The notes beneath the pieces were generated by a model. That model was not told the origin of the DNA. It made no database searches and saw only the letters and a list, made by a program, of their open reading frames with translations. Positions 1 through 22,260 of a stretch of DNA of 64,000 nt are shown here, piece after piece. The first letter of the stretch is position 1. Every line of letters begins with the position of its first letter. Source of the stretch: the human T2T-CHM13v2.0 reference genome, Homo sapiens; contig CP068257.2 in assembly GCA_009914755.4 (NCBI GenBank), positions 11,424,001-11,488,000 on the forward strand. The letters run 5' to 3'. The translations under genes were made by a program, and so were the position numbers.

Positions 1-339
1 AATGATTATATAAATTTTACTGAATTGTGTTTTATGTATAAGCCTCACCTAAAGGCATTATCCAGTACATACAACCTTGAGTGTTTTCTGGGATTTTCTG
101 TTGCCTGATTTCAAATCAACCTTATTGAAATTCTAGCAATTTCTCCAGTCCCAGATGTAAAAATAAAAAAGCAGAAATAAAGCCAAATTACCCCCAAAAG
201 GATACACATTATGCATATAGAACAAATGAACCCAAAACCACATAAGGTAAACAACAAATCTACTGGTCCAAAATTCAGCCTAACTTCAACAGTACCAGGC
301 AAAAACCATTTGTAGAAATTACCAAAGTCAATATAGAAA

Positions 340-1400
340 CCCTTAGTCTATTATGCCAATAAATATGGGGGAACCTGCCCCGATAGTCAAGTAGGTTGTT
401 TTCTATTTTCCCTAAGTGTCTGCCAGTTTGAGAAATAAAGGGAGAGAGTACAAAAGAGAGAAATTTTAAAGCTGGGCATCCAGGGGAGACATCACATGTC
501 AGTAGGTTCCATGATGCCCCCCAAGACACAAAACCAGCAAGTTTTTATTAGGGACTTTCAAAAGGGGAGGGAGTGTACGAATAGGGTGTGGGTCACAAAG
601 ATCACGTACTTCACAAGGTAATAGAATATCATAAGGCAAACGGAAACAGGGCAAGATCACAGGACCACAGGACCGGGGCAAAATTAAAATTGCTAATGTA
701 GTTTCAGGCACCATTGTTATTGATAACATCTTATCAGGAGACAGGGTTTGAGAGCAACCAGTCTGACAAAAATTTATTAGGCAGGAATTTCCTCTTCCTA
801 ATAAGCCTGGGAGCACTACGGGAGACTGGGGTTTATTTCATCCCTACAGTTTTGACCACAGAAGATGGCCACACCCAAGGAGGACATTTATAGGCCCACC
901 CTCAGGGGTGCATTCTCTTTCTCAGGGATGTTCCTTGCTGAGAAAAAGAATTCAGTGATATTTCTCCCATTTGCTTTTGAAAGAAGAGAAATATGGCTCT
1001 GTTCCACCCAGCTCACCAGTGGTCAGAATTTAAGGTTATCTCTCTTATTCCCTAAACAACTGCTGTTATCCTGTTCTTTTTTCAAGGTGCCCAGATTTCA
1101 TATTGTTCAAACACACATGCTTTACAATCTGTGCAGTTAATGCAATTATCATAGGGTCCTGAGGTGGCATACATCCTCCTCAGCTGACAGGATTAAGAGA
1201 TTAAAGTAAAGACAGGCATAGGAAATCACAAGGGTATTGATTGGGGAATTGATAAGTGTCCAAGAAATCTTCACAATTTGTGTTTAGAGATTGCAGTAAA
1301 GACAGGCATAGGAAATTATAAAAGTATTAATTTGGGGAACTAATACATGTCCATGAAATCTTCACAATCCACATTCTTCTGCCGTGGCTTCAGTCAGTCC
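340..1400 (-). mobile_element. Putative solo retroviral LTR (ERV class unclear), minus orientation
   Basis: On the minus strand there is an AATAAA followed by a 'cttgctggttt' R/U5-like segment (plus coordinates ~541-550). On the U3 side sits a ~93-bp tandem duplication at 1206-1370. No family assignment from memory and boundaries are approximate. Confidence 0.3.
1206..1370. repeat. Two tandem copies of a ~93-bp unit ('taaagacaggcataggaaat...gaaatcttcacaat')
   Basis: Direct comparison of 1206-1275 with 1299-1370 shows two diverged copies (~80% identical). Possibly U3 tandem repeats of the adjacent LTR-like element. Confidence 0.6.
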
Positions 1401-1629
1401 CTCCATTTGGGTACTGTGACATCCTGCAACAAATAAAAAATTACCATTTAAAAATACATTAAATATAACAGAACGTATACAATTACAATAAAATATTTTT
1501 AAATGATAATCTTATTTTCAAATATTTACCACATTTAGACAAGACTTTTAATGAAAAATACTTATAGCTACAATGTATGAATTAAAATAGCCCTGGAAGA
1601 AATAGTAATTCTATACATAATAAAGATTA

Positions 1630-1999
<370 letters not shown>

Positions 2000-2241
2000 T
2001 TAAAATTCTGCTTTTTCCACTGTGGACAATGGTGATGTAACAGTTAAATCTTGGTCTCAGAGTTGGTGGTTGGGAATAAATCAAGGCAAGCACTTTTATG
2101 CTTTGTTTTATATTCTTTATCACCAACATTTTCTTCTCTAATATGTCAGTATTTACATTTGGACCACAGCTGACTTTTACTGAAGTCTACTATAAAACAT
2201 GGCTAAATTGAAAATTAATGTGATCATAAAATGATTTGTCA

Positions 2242-2261
2242 TGAAAGCAGGTATATTTTTC
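2242..2261. repeat. Left target-site duplication of the twin-primed L1 insertion ('tgaaagcaggtatatttttc')
   Basis: The identical 20-mer recurs at 3010-3029, immediately flanking the L1 poly-T and the inverted segment. Confidence 0.8.
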
Positions 2262-3062
<801 letters not shown>

Positions 3063-3500
3063 TGAATTTTTTGAAAATTTCTGACATATACTGAAGTAAA
3101 TATCAAATGTATTGTTTTATTCAATTGTTTGGATTCAATTAAAAAATAATTTATATTCAAGTTTGTTGTTATATTTACTTTTGACCAAATTTGACTTTCC
3201 AAACAAGAAAAGCTAAAGCATTTTTTTCAAAGGTTCAAGGGACTTAAGCTTACTGGCATCAAATGTTCTGTAGTAAAACAAACAGGCAAATAAAACCTAA
3301 TATTTTTATCAATAATAATTTAATAGTTTTATGTCTGAGAACTTAAGAATCAACGACATCAACTCCAGATGATGTCAATTGCATAATTACACTGGTAAGA
3401 TAGAAACTGATTATCAGAGTCTAACAAATGATGGATATGGCAACCTAACACTTGACAAAACCATTCAGGATGTGTTAGAAAAACAAGAAGGTACTACTAA

Positions 3501-3836
<336 letters not shown>

Positions 3837-5156
3837 AACTTTACTCTTTATTCTCAACCTTACAACCATCAGATACTCCTGTACACAGAATAAGAAAAAT
3901 CAACTATTTTTCCTTGAAGGCAATGTTTCATCTTTTATGTTATAATATCTGTTCCACATTTCTGTGAAAATGCTGTTGAAGTGCACCTTCCTTCCTTCAC
4001 CAGAGATTGCCTGTGTGAATTTGAATAGATGGTCACTGGAGGGGACCAGCTTGGCACACTGGGTTGAATTGTCTCTTTGCTTTTCAGACAAAGTGGCTTT
4101 GAAAAGACTGAAAGTAAAGTGACTGCTGATTAAGCAGATGGCTTGCCATGTCAATAGGACAATTGTTTGAAAATCACATCGCATGAACTATAACTATTAA
4201 AATGAGAAATGCATGATGCAAATATTGCACAAAAAAATAGAATGAAAATGATGAATACAGCCAAAAAAGACAGCCAAACTCAATTTTAGCAATAAAGTAA
4301 AATATAATCTACTGTCAGGGGAAGGTAACTTGAAGTACTTGAGATGTTCTTTAATTTAAAAATCCAAAAATATTTTTAGCTTTAGTTGTGATAAAACATG
4401 TTTAAGCATTTTCTATTTGAAATAAAACTTTAATTTCATGCTTTGTCGGTTTAGTTTCCCTAAATAAATAGAAAATAGTAAAATATCACATACTAAAAAA
4501 ATCAACTTCTTTGGTAATAAATAAGTGCAACTGTCAGACCAAAACATAGTTACATTTTACCCAATGTCATGCTGACCAATTCGATCAAACGCCACTTCCT
4601 TATAACTAAGAGAGATGCAAAGATGTAGACTTTATGTTGAGTGAGACAGGTAAGGATTACTAGGAGGTAGATAATTGTTTTACTAATCAAGGTCGATTTT
4701 CATTACTATTTTGTCTCTATGTTAATTAATGGTCTTGATTCAAGAAAATTTTTTTAAAAACTCATCTTTTCAGTCAGGCAAAATATTAACAAAAAGGCAT
4801 AGAAATGAAGGCATTTAACACAGTCATAGTTTACATTTTAAAATTAAAATACTTCTAGAAATAACAAAGAAAGAAAAAAGACACATATAAAAACAAACGA
4901 ACTTAATTTTTGGTGCAAAGCACTCATTACTAAGCCTAACACAAATATTTTGGTGAAGGCTTTCTAACACTGACATTCTTCTCATGACTTAAAAGAGCCA
5001 CTAATTTTACTTTTGACATATATTTAGTTTTAATGTTAAAAGCTAAAAGGAGCCTATTATTTTATTTATAATTTGTGGTCTGCATGTACATCATCATCCA
5101 TTGAGTCGACTAAAGTTTCTGAAAGTTTCAGAAACAGTAACATAAGAATACTTTTT

Positions 5157-5332
5157 CCGGCCATGCATGTTGTCTCACGCCTGTAATCCCAGCACTTTGG
5201 GAGGCCGAGGTGGGGGGATCACCTGAAGTCAGGCATTTGAGACCAGCCTGATGAACCTGGTGAAACCCCATCTCTACTAAAAATACAAAATTAGCTGGGC
5301 GTGGTGGCACATGCCTGTAACCCCAGCTACTC
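5157..5332 (+). mobile_element. Alu left-half fragment (3' truncated)
   Basis: 'ccggccatgcatgttgtctcacgcctgtaatcccagcactttgggaggccgaggtgggggg...ttagctgggcgtggtggcacatgcctgtaaccccagctactc', then unrelated sequence. Confidence 0.8.
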
Positions 5333-6726
5333 CTTTAATGACCACATGTGAAGTTTCTTTTGAACTAATTTTAACTACCTATTTTTATTGCTTTTTTGCT
5401 CCTATTAGAAAAAATATTAAAGTTTCTGTTACTACAATCTATTCAAATCTAAACATAGTGCTTATCTTAAAAGATCTGTATGCTTGGAATTATGGAAATC
5501 CTATTCTCCATTTAAAATACTGCTTTTCAGTAAGCCAAATGGGGCAATTGTGGCTCACAATCATAAGTTATTAAATATTAATACCATCATCTAGATGGAA
5601 CTTTTAGTTATCTGCATGTTCAAATTGTTTTAACTTGTAATAAGTCAGAAACAATAAATTTTTATAAACTATAAAAATAAACTAAAACTATATTTATCAA
5701 TGCATTTTTTTTGGTTTTAGAATACTTAGCCCCAGGATTATTTCTAGTTGACATAACACTAGATTTCAGATGATGTGGATGTAGAAACTAGAGACGTCCT
5801 GGTTGACTCTGCTTCACTTTCTGCCTTCATTTAGCACACAAGCATATCGGCACAATGAAAGCCAGCAATGCTAACCCTTTTGAAAAACACACCAGTGCCC
5901 TTCTACAGAGAATATATGTGTGAAAAGATTCATCTGAAAGTCATGCCATCTTCTTTTTGATTTACAGACTTATATATGACAAATAACACAAATAAAAATT
6001 TAACACTGCCATATAATCAGAAAATTATTCTAAAAATTCCTTCTGACACATTATTCTTTGTCACCAAAATGGTTGTGATGAAATAATTGCCTTTGCAGGA
6101 CTGTTGTCTTAAATAACCAATACTCCTGTTTCATTGTTCTTGAACTTTAACCATAATAGAAATTTTATTTCCTAATTATGTCACTTAGGTGTGATTATCA
6201 TAGCTTCATATTTTCAAAAATGGTTCTAAAAAAACTAAACCACTGACCATCTTTGTTTCCCAAAGAGTAATAAGTTAACACTATCATCTAGCATACTGTA
6301 AATAGATGAAAAATAAAAATGTAGAGCAGGGGTGTCCAATCTTCTGGCTTCCCTGGGACACACTAGAAGAATTGTCTTGAGCCATACATAAAATACACCA
6401 ATGATGATAAAAAAATCACAAAAAACTCATAATGCTTTTAGAAAGTTTATGAACTTGTTTAGGGCTGTGCTGAAAGCCATACTGGGCCACGTGAAGCCTG
6501 TAGGCCGTGAGTTGGACAAGCTTGATGGACAGTCATTTATTTTAGCTGCACACCCAAGACTAAGGCCAAGAGCTTTCAGAGAAAGTAGCTTATAGGATGT
6601 CAGGAGACCTGTTATAGAAACATTCACCCCTATGTCTAAAGGGGACAAAATTCTATGTCTTCCACCCTTAATTCCAACCATTAAACAAAACTGGAGAAAT
6701 CTAACATGGCATTATATCACAAAGTA

Positions 6727-9495
6727 TTTTATTATTTTTATTTTGGATTCAAGGATACACGTGCAGATTTGTAACATAGGTATACTGCATGACATTGAGG
6801 TTTGGGCAATTAATAATCCCATTGCCCAAATAGGGTACATTATACATCACAAGTACTTTTAAACCCCTGTACCCCTTCTCCCTCCATTTTGGAATCCTTA
6901 GTGTTTATTGTTCTCATCTTTGCTTCCATGTGTACCCAATGTTTAGCTTCCACTTATAAGTGAGAAAATGTAGTATTTGGTTTTCTGTTCTGTGTTAATT
7001 TGCTTAGGATCATGACCTTGAGCTGTATCCATGTTGCTGCAAAGAGTATTACATGATTCTTCTTCAGTGGCTGCATAGTATTGGATGGTGTGTAATTACA
7101 TAATTTTTAAAATCCATCTTAAAATTTATGAGCACATGGTTTCATTCCATGTCTTTGCTATTGTGACTAGTGCTGCAATAAGCATACGAGTGCAGGTGTA
7201 ATTTATTTGTATTTGGGTATACGCCCAGTAGTGAGGCTGCTGGGTCAAATGGTAACTTTGGTTTTAGTCCTTTGAGAAACCCCCAAAATACATTCTACAA
7301 AAGCTGAACTAATTTGCATTCCCACTAAGATTATATCAGGGTTCTCTTTTCTACACAATTTTAACATCTGTTTTTTTTTTTTTTTTACTTTTTCATAATA
7401 GCCATTTAGACTGGGGTGAGATGGTATCACATTGTGGTTTGGATTTACATCTCTCTAATCATTAGAAATGTTCATCAATTTTTCATGTTTGTTGGCTGCT
7501 TTTTTTGTCTTTCTTTTAAAAGTATAGGTTCACATTTTTTGTCAACATTTTTTCTTAAATTCCTTATAAAACATATATATTAGTTATTTATTGTATGCAG
7601 TTTACACATATTTTAGCCCATACTATAGGTTGTCTGTTTATTTTGTTAATAGTTTCTCTTGCTGTGCAGGTCACAATTTTTAATTTTTATTTTTGTTGCT
7701 TTCACTTTTGAGGATGTAGTCATTAATTCTTTACAGAGACCAATGCCAAGGAGAGAATTTTCTAGGTGTTCTTCTAGGATTTTTATAGGTTGAACTCTTA
7801 CAGATAAGTCTTTAATGTATCTTGAGTTAATTTTCTATATCATGAGAAGTAGTGGTCGAGTTTTCCTCTTCTGCATATGACTAAACAGTTTTTCCAGCAC
7901 CTTTTATTGGGTAGGGAGTTCTTTCCATTTGTTTCTGTTGATGCTGTCAAAAATCAATTAATTGCAAGAGTTCAGCTTCATTTCAGGGCTCTCTCTTCTA
8001 TTCAGTAGGGGTGTGTGTGTGTGTGTGTGTGTATCTGCATCCATATTATATTGGTTACCGTAGCTTGTGGTAAAGTTTGAAGTTTGGTAACATAATGTCT
8101 CCAGGTTTATTCTTTTTGTTTAGTATAGCCTTGGACATTTGAGCTTTTTTGTTTTCATATAAATTTTAGAATAGTTTTTTTGTCTAATTTTATAAAAAAT
8201 GGCATTGGTAGATTGATAGAAATAGAAATAAACTGTCGATTGCTTTGGGCAGTATGAAGTTTTTAATAATTCTAATCCATTATCATGAAATACTATTCCA
8301 TTTATTTGCACTGTGTCTGATTTCTTTCAGTAGTGGTTTGTAGTTCTTCTAGTAGAGATATTTAACCTCCTTTGTTTAATGGATTACTATTTTATTTTTT
8401 GTTTCTGGCTATTGTAAACTGGATTGTGTTCTTAATTTTGCTCTGCTTAAGTGTTACTGGTGTATAGAAATGTTCCTCATTTTTGAATGTTGTTTTGCTT
8501 TTTGTTGTTGTTGCTGAGATTTTGATGAAGTCTTTTATTAGGCTTAGGAGTCTTTTGGAGGAGTCTTTGAAGTAGGTAGAAAATTATATCATCAGTAAAG
8601 ACAGATAAGCTGATTTCCTCTTTTGTTATTTGAGTGCTTTTTCTTTCTTTATCTTGCCTGATTGTTCTGGCTAAAACTTTCAGAACTGTGTTGAATAGGA
8701 GTGGTGAAAGTGCACATTCTTTTCTTATTTCAATTTTTAGGAAGGATGCATTAATCTTTCACCTGTTCAGTATGGTGTTGGCTGAGGATTTGTCCTATAT
8801 GGCTGTAATTATTTTGAGGTATGTTCCTTCAATGCCTAGTTTTTTGAGAATTTTTTTCAAAAATAGATATTACATTTTATTAATTGCTATTTCCACATCT
8901 ATTGAGGTAATGTGGTTTTGTTTGTTAATTATTTTTATATGCTGAATCACATTTATAGATTGCACATGTTAAAACATTCCTGCATTCACAGAATAATGTC
9001 CACATAGTTGCAGTGAAATAACTTTGATTTCCTGACTCAGTTTGCAAGCATTTCATGAATAATGTTTGTGTCTGTATTCATCAGGGATATTGGCCTGTAA
9101 TTTTTTTTGGTTGTGTCTTTACCTGATTAATATATCAAGATGAGACTGATATTATATGATAGAATTAATTAGGAAGGAGTCCCACTTTGATTTTTTGGAA
9201 TACTTTCTGTAGAATTACAGCCAACTCATTTTTGTATACATGATAAAATCATGCTGTGAATGCATCTGGTTTAGCACTTTTTATAATTGGTAGTTTTTTT
9301 TTATCACCAATTCAATTTGCTTGCACATTTTTGGTTTCTTCAAGACTTCTGTTTATTCCTGATTCAATCTTGGGAGGTTGTATATTTCTAAGAGTTTATT
9401 CATTTCCTCTAGACTTTCTAGTTGGTGTGCACAGAGATATTTATAGTAGTCTGCAAGTATCCTTTGTATTTTTGTGGGATTGGTTGTCACAAATG
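6727..9495 (-). mobile_element. Old L1 (L1PB/L1M-like) 3' half, minus orientation
   Basis: Reverse complement of the L1 3'UTR/ORF2 region ('ggattcaaggatacacgtgcagatttgtaacataggtatactgcatga...', 'tgggtatacgcccagtagtgaggctgctgggtcaaatggtaactttgg'). The antisense ORF2 signature 'FLVSSRLLFIPDSILGGCIFLRVYSF' occurs at 9256-9498. Poly-A (as T-run) sits at 6727-6745. Confidence 0.6.
8010..8033. repeat. (GT)n microsatellite
   Basis: 'gtgtgtgtgtgtgtgtgtgtgtgt' inside the old L1. Confidence 0.85.
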
Positions 9496-9499
9496 TAAC

Positions 9500-11800
<2,301 letters not shown>

Positions 11801-12708
11801 TTCTGAAAAAATACTGACAGTAAATATTGTCTTCTCACCACAAAAATAATAACTATGTGAGGCAAAGCATTTGACAATTAGCTAAAATTAGGCATTGACA
11901 ATGTATATTTACTTCAAAATACTATTTCACAAAATAAATACATATTTCATCTGTGAATTTAAAAATATATTTATAAAAACTATTAAAAATGACAATGTTT
12001 CAAATTCTGACCGGTGTTTTTGTCATAAACCTGTCTGAATAGTATGAAAGATACATAATTTCTGTGCTGTTTTGTCACCTAGTCAGTCATGACCATATGA
12101 ACTCTAATATTTACCACCATGTTCGGCACCCAGCACAGAGCATGGGAGAAGCCAATGTACCTTAGGGCTTTTATTTTGAGCTTGGGACAACTGGAGTTTC
12201 TGGTGCTGGTGGTAATGATAGGGAAGACACAAAAAGGGCAGCTCTTGCTGTGTTTCACATGATTAAACCACTCTGAAGAGAGTAAATAAGTTTGCATCCC
12301 AGATCACTGAAGAAATTTTTTAATTCAAAAGATGCCATGATCTTTAAAATTTTTCCAGATAAAATGACCAAGGAGTTGACTAGTTAGGTGACAAAGACTG
12401 AAACCTCTAAAGTGTAAACTGCACCCAATAAAAAAGTACATTATACAAGTGTGAGAAATTCCTCAAGATTTTAACATTAATATGAAAAAGATTATTTCAC
12501 ATGTGAAATCCACAGGTGTCATTCTATTATTTTTGAATATTTAACATTCACACCAAAAAAAAGATTCTGAATGAAAACTTAAGTTGAGCTGTAAGTATGT
12601 AATAAAAAATTAAGTTTAACATTCTCCACTTACCATTAACTCTTCTAAAAGTTTAATTTCTAAGACATATCTTCTAACTAATTTTATATTTTCCACACAT
12701 TGTGTTAA

Positions 12709-13001
<293 letters not shown>

Positions 13002-13670
13002 CTGTGTTAAAATTTAATAAAAGTTTGGTTTTACAAAGATAATAAATTCTGACTGATTTATTCCTCTCACCTGTGAACACTGCATGCCTTTTATCTCAAT
13101 TAACAGATCTGAAATTTACATTGACAAACTTTCATCAGAACCTACAAAGTACTGTGTGAAGTGACATGGCACAAAACAAACAGCAATAAAGATGTAACCA
13201 TAACACAAAGAATAAAAAGAAGGGCTGTGATGCATACACAGTTGGGATAAACATAAGTAGACACACAAACAAAACTAAAGATAATCAGAAAATAAGCAGA
13301 ATGTCTCTTTAAATTCAGAAAGAGTCAATTTTGCAGCATAAGAACAATGTCCTCTCCATATACAGAATCGATTTTATTTCTTCACCATGTGTATTTCCTT
13401 ATCTTTACTTGGAGCTACAAACTAACTCCAGCAGAAATATTTGTGGCCAATAATGGTGCATCTATTACACAGCAAGCATTGTGTTTGCTACATTTACATA
13501 TCAAAATATCTTTATGACTTATGAAGCCTCCCCAGCATTTACCTAAACAAATTGGCTGAATGAATAAATTCACGTATGTCAATTATAAAGAGTAAAAGGA
13601 ACAATAATAAAGGAAACTTAGCTTACACAGGTTTCTCCAATTAAAATAACAAAATGGGGTGTTCTAACTA

Positions 13671-14159
<489 letters not shown>

Positions 14160-15689
14160 CTACCATGAGTACCAGGCACATGAAAGAAAGAATTTGCATG
14201 GAAAGATTCGGAAACGCAATCCATAAGACTTCACAGTAATTAATTAAATAAAATACAGAGAATACAGATATTATTCAAAATCACGGAGGTTTCTGGTCTT
14301 CTAGTAAATGATTTGTCCACTTTATTAAAGTGATATTTTGTTCCAATATTTCTTGTCTTCTGAAAATAGGTACACTCACACTCACACAATTACTTGCCCC
14401 ACAAATTTCTTACACCTAATGTTTATATTAAGAGTAAAATATTTGTATATTTAACACCATGTAAGTAAAAAACTAACAGTCTGTATGAGTTTACGGGCAG
14501 AGAGGCCACTTGTTCAACATATATATGAACAATTTTTAAAAATATTCATTCAGGACTTAGAAATGTGGGATTTCTTATTATACTACTATGTAATTATTAT
14601 TATGACCATAAAAAACCTCTGTAGCAAGTAATAATTTACTTGTACATTTTTAAATAACTAAAAATGTTTAATTGGATTGTCTGTAACACAAAAAATAAAT
14701 GCATTATGTAATGAATACCTCATTTACTCTGATGTGATTACAAGTTGTATGCCTGTATGAAAATATTCTATATATGCCATAAATAGGTAAACAATACTAT
14801 GTTCCTACAAAAATTTAAAACGTTAAACAAATGTACATTTTTACCCATTGAAACAATACTCTTAAACTTTTCAGTTTAATGCCACAGGCAAAAGAGATTG
14901 CTAGAGAGCTCATTCTACTATGTTACCATTTTTATCTACATCTTTAATAAGGTGGGACACGTTAAAGTTGGTGACATAACACTTAACTAAATGCAGGTCT
15001 TAAAAAGTTTAAAACTATTCCCTTTAATTTAAAAGCTAAGTTATCACAGTCTTATAAAAGAATTTTAAAATTCCCTACATTTTATTACATAAAAGTACAA
15101 TTGGTAAAACAATTTACTACTAAAACTCAAAGTTTTCCTTTCACTATAATGCAGAATATTACTCTAAACACATAACTCATGTATCACATGAAAAATGTTA
15201 AAAGTCAGCCATAAAGAGCCTCTCCAATTAGATTTTCAATATACATCTTACATTTTAATATCCTTACTCTTCCACGGAAAAGTTAATGAATGATGCCTAC
15301 CTAATAAGAAAGGAATCTCTCAGATTTCTGATGCAACAGAAATTGATGACATGCTTTTACACAAACAACAGGAAAAAAGGAGCAGAATGAAGCAGTTTTA
15401 CAGTTGAATTACCTCACTATTTGCTTTTCAAAAAATCTACATTTTTTTCAAGGAAAAACGTATATCTTGAATGTAATTATAACTCTCCAAAAAATAATCT
15501 TCCACTCCTCTTAAACTTATATACAAATAAATTATCCAACAGTTTTAGCTTTGGATTACTTTCTATACAGAACATTCTGATTTAGTGTAACGTCTTAAGT
15601 GCCAGTGCCTTAATTCTTCCTATTGTGAATTTTCTAAAGTTTACAAAGACTTAATTTTGACTAAATATTTTTACACATGTATTCCATCT

Positions 15690-18813
<3,124 letters not shown>

Positions 18814-19667
18814 TTATTTTATAGACTTATAACAAAACTGTACTGACCAAAATGTCTATGGAAAATCTAGAAATGAGTTAAGTGTGTTCAGTGTACCAGG
18901 TGAGCAAAATGCCACAAGCCATACTGAATGGATAGAAAAGTTTGTTACATTTGCCCAACACCTTTACTCCTCCATAATGCAGCATGGCACTTTTAGAAGT
19001 AAACTGCAATGCCTGGCATCTTCCTCAATATAGAAAAAGAAAAAACTGGCTCGTGTAGTTTTACTTCTGGCTTCTGGGCACTTTTACAGAGACTTGTTTC
19101 TGTCTCCAGTGACAAAATGTGCTGAAAGAAATGATGGTATACTTTGAAATAACAGCTTGAGTCTGCTGAGATCAAAGGTAAATGTTACAGCAACAAACTA
19201 CAGTACCACAGGCATGCAATATGTGTAGGAAGTAATTACAGACTGTTAAGAAACACAGACAAACCTCTTTAACTGAATAATCAACACAAAATTCCACACA
19301 AGACACATCATAACATATTTGATAGGCTCCCAGAATCTCTAGTTGAGACAACTGGTTTCAGATTATGTTAGGACAACACCACATTATAAAGATTGTGAGA
19401 GGTAGCTGTTTGTTAATGTCCAAATCTCAACCAAAGAGTACAATACATACAAAATATTACAGTGACATGGCCTAAGTAAAAAAAAAAACTTAAAACTGTC
19501 AGAAAACAACCATGAAAATAAAGATGTACACATTAATTTTAAAAATTTAACCTAAATGGGAACACAGGTAACTAAATAAAATCAGAAAAAAATAGAATAT
19601 CAAGGAAAAGATGAAAAATATAATAGAAATTATGGAAGTAGAAAATAGAAATAGAAATAATAACTGA

Positions 19668-19955
19668 GGCCAGGTGTAGTGGCTCATGTCTGTAGTCCCA
19701 GCACTTTGGAGTTTGAGGCAGGCAGATCACTTGAACCTAGGGAGTTCAGGTTTAAACTGGGAAACATGGCAATACTTCTCCTCTATAAAAATTAAAATTA
19801 GTCAGGTGTATTGGCACACACCTGTGGTCCCAGTAAACAGGAGGCTGAGGTAGGAGGATCACATAAGCCTAGGGAACCCAAGGCTGCAGTAAGCTGCAAT
19901 ATGCCACTGTACTCAAACCTGGGTGACAGAGCAAGACACTGTCTCGAAAAATTAA
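19668..19955 (+). mobile_element. Alu element (older, AluJ-like)
   Basis: 'ggccaggtgtagtggctcatgtctgtagtcccagcactttggagtttgaggcaggcagatcacttgaacc...ctgggtgacagagcaagacactgtctcgaaaaattaag'. Confidence 0.85.
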
Positions 19956-21388
19956 GAATACCTGAGAAATTCTCAAAAGTAAGAAAATAAGGTTGTAAAA
20001 ATGAAGAAGCTCAACATACTAAAACTAGGAAACACACAGATCCATAACAAGACATGCAAAGCAAAGTTCCCAAAGTCACAGACAAGAAGAGAATCTCAAA
20101 TGCTGGAAAATACATAATTATGGTTCCATGATATAACCAGTGACTCTTTCAACAAAAACCTTGCAGGCCAGAAGGAAATTGTGTGCTATAGTCGAGATGC
20201 CAAGCGAAAAATAGCTTCTATGTAAGAATAATATAACCAGCAAAACTGTGCTACAAAAATGAAGAAAAAGGAAAGACCTCTAAAGATAATGAAATGTGGA
20301 AAAATTATATCAACACTACATGTGCCCTACAAAAAATGCTGAGAAGAGTCCTCCTACTAAAACTATATGATGCTAAAAAACAAAACTATCATATAAAAAT
20401 AGGTAGCTTTCTAGGAAAGATATAAAGATATGCAAATATTATAGAAAAAATATCCTGTAGCATTATTATAATACCAAAAAATGTTTTATTTAATTATTCT
20501 CTAAAATTTAAAGATAAAAGCTAAAAATAATAATGAACATCTGTTAATAAATATATAACATAAATAGATATGTTTAGTGACATCAATAACTAAGCTGAAG
20601 ACAGATATAATAAGAAATAATTTGTGCATGGACCCAAATTTAAATTTCACCACTTCAAAATATATTGTTGAAATTTTAAGAGGTTTTTATATAATCCTGA
20701 AGGCACCCACAAAGAAAATGTCTGTATAGGTACAAAAAAGGAAATAAGAAAGAAGTGACAGCCTATCCATACAAAAATCAAAAAGACACAAAGGAAGATA
20801 GAATGAGAAACAGACCTACAAGAATCATTAAACAATAAAATAACAATAATCTTTGTCTTCAGAAAATAAATATTTTAAAAATAGACTTGCCAATCAATAC
20901 ACATACATTGAATAGTGGGATTATATAAAATTTTATATACCAAGATCCAACTTGCCTTTCTTCAAGAGTCACTTGAGATCTAGTAGTGACATCAGCCTGA
21001 AAGTGGCAAGTGGAAGAAGACATTTTAGGCAAACATTAACCAAATGAGAGCAGAAGAGATCAAAATTGTATTATACAAAATATATCGTAAGTCAACAACT
21101 CTCTTATTTTATAAAATATACTCTATGTCAAAATTCACAAGAGAAAAAAGGTCATTAAACAATAATAAAGATATAATTTATTGAAAATGTATGACAAATA
21201 TGTGCATACATATATTTATATGTTTGTGTGTGTATGTGTATTTCTCACATTAGGTTTCCAAAAATACGAAACAAAAATTGACAGAATTAAAGCAACAAAT
21301 AAAGAGCAATATAATTATAATAAGATATTTTAATACTTCAATTTCTGCAATGAACAATAAAACAAAACAATATTAATAATGGAAAAGA

Positions 21389-21684
21389 GGGCCAGGTACG
21401 GTGGCTCACGCCTGTAATCCCAGCAATTTGGGAGGCCAAGGCAGGCGATCACGGGGTCAGGAGATGGAGACCATCCTGGCTAACACGATGAAACCCAGTC
21501 TCTACTAAAAATACAAAAAATTAGTAGGGCGTGGTGGCAGGTGCCTGTAATCCCAGGCACTCAGGAGGCTGAGGCAGGAGAATGGCATGAACCCAGGAGG
21601 TGGAGCTTGCAGTGAGACAAGATCGCACCACTGTACTCCAGCCTGGGTGAGAGCAAGACTCTGTCTCAAGAAAACAAAAAAAGG
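21389..21684 (+). mobile_element. AluY-like element with TSD 'ggaaaagag'
   Basis: 'ggccaggtacggtggctcacgcctgtaatcccagcaatttgggaggccaaggcaggcgatcacggggtcaggagatggagaccatcctggctaacacg...'. 'ggaaaagag' is found at 21381-21389 and at 21683-21691. Confidence 0.9.
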
Positions 21685-21711
21685 AAAAGAGAAACTGAAA
21701 GCAGTACAGAT

Positions 21712-21992
21712 GGGAACAAGTGGCTCATGCTTGTAATTCCAGCACTTTGGGAGGCCAAGAAAGACAGATTACTTGAGGTAAGGAGTTTGAGACCAGCCTG
21801 GCCAACATGGCAAAACCCCATCTCTACTAAAAATAGCCAGGTGCGGTAGGAGGCGCCTATAATCCCAGCTACTCAGGAGGCTAAGGCAGGAGAATTGCTT
21901 GAACCAGGGAGGCGGGGTTTGCAGTGAGTCGAGATTGCGGCACTGCAATCCAGCCTCGGTGACTGAGCAAGACTCCATCTCAAAAAGAAAAA
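21712..21992 (+). mobile_element. Alu element (slightly 5'-truncated), in tandem with the preceding Alu
   Basis: 'gggaacaagtggctcatgcttgtaattccagcactttgggaggccaagaaagacagattacttgagg...gactgagcaagactccatctcaaaaagaaaaaa'. Confidence 0.9.
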
Positions 21993-22260
21993 ATATACAA
22001 AGAAAGAAGTATAAAACAATATTATGCCCTAACAAAGAATACCCCTTAACAATAGCAGGGTATAACCATTCTCAATAGCTCACATATATTCTCTTTGATA
22101 AACTGCCTGTTAGGCCATGATAAAAATAAAAACTTACTAAATCTTTAAAAATTGAAATTGATAGATTACTTTTTATGACCAAAATGGAATAAGAGTAGAA
22201 ATCAACAAAAACAAAACTAAAAAATTTACAAATACATGAAAATTAAACAACACACTCTTC

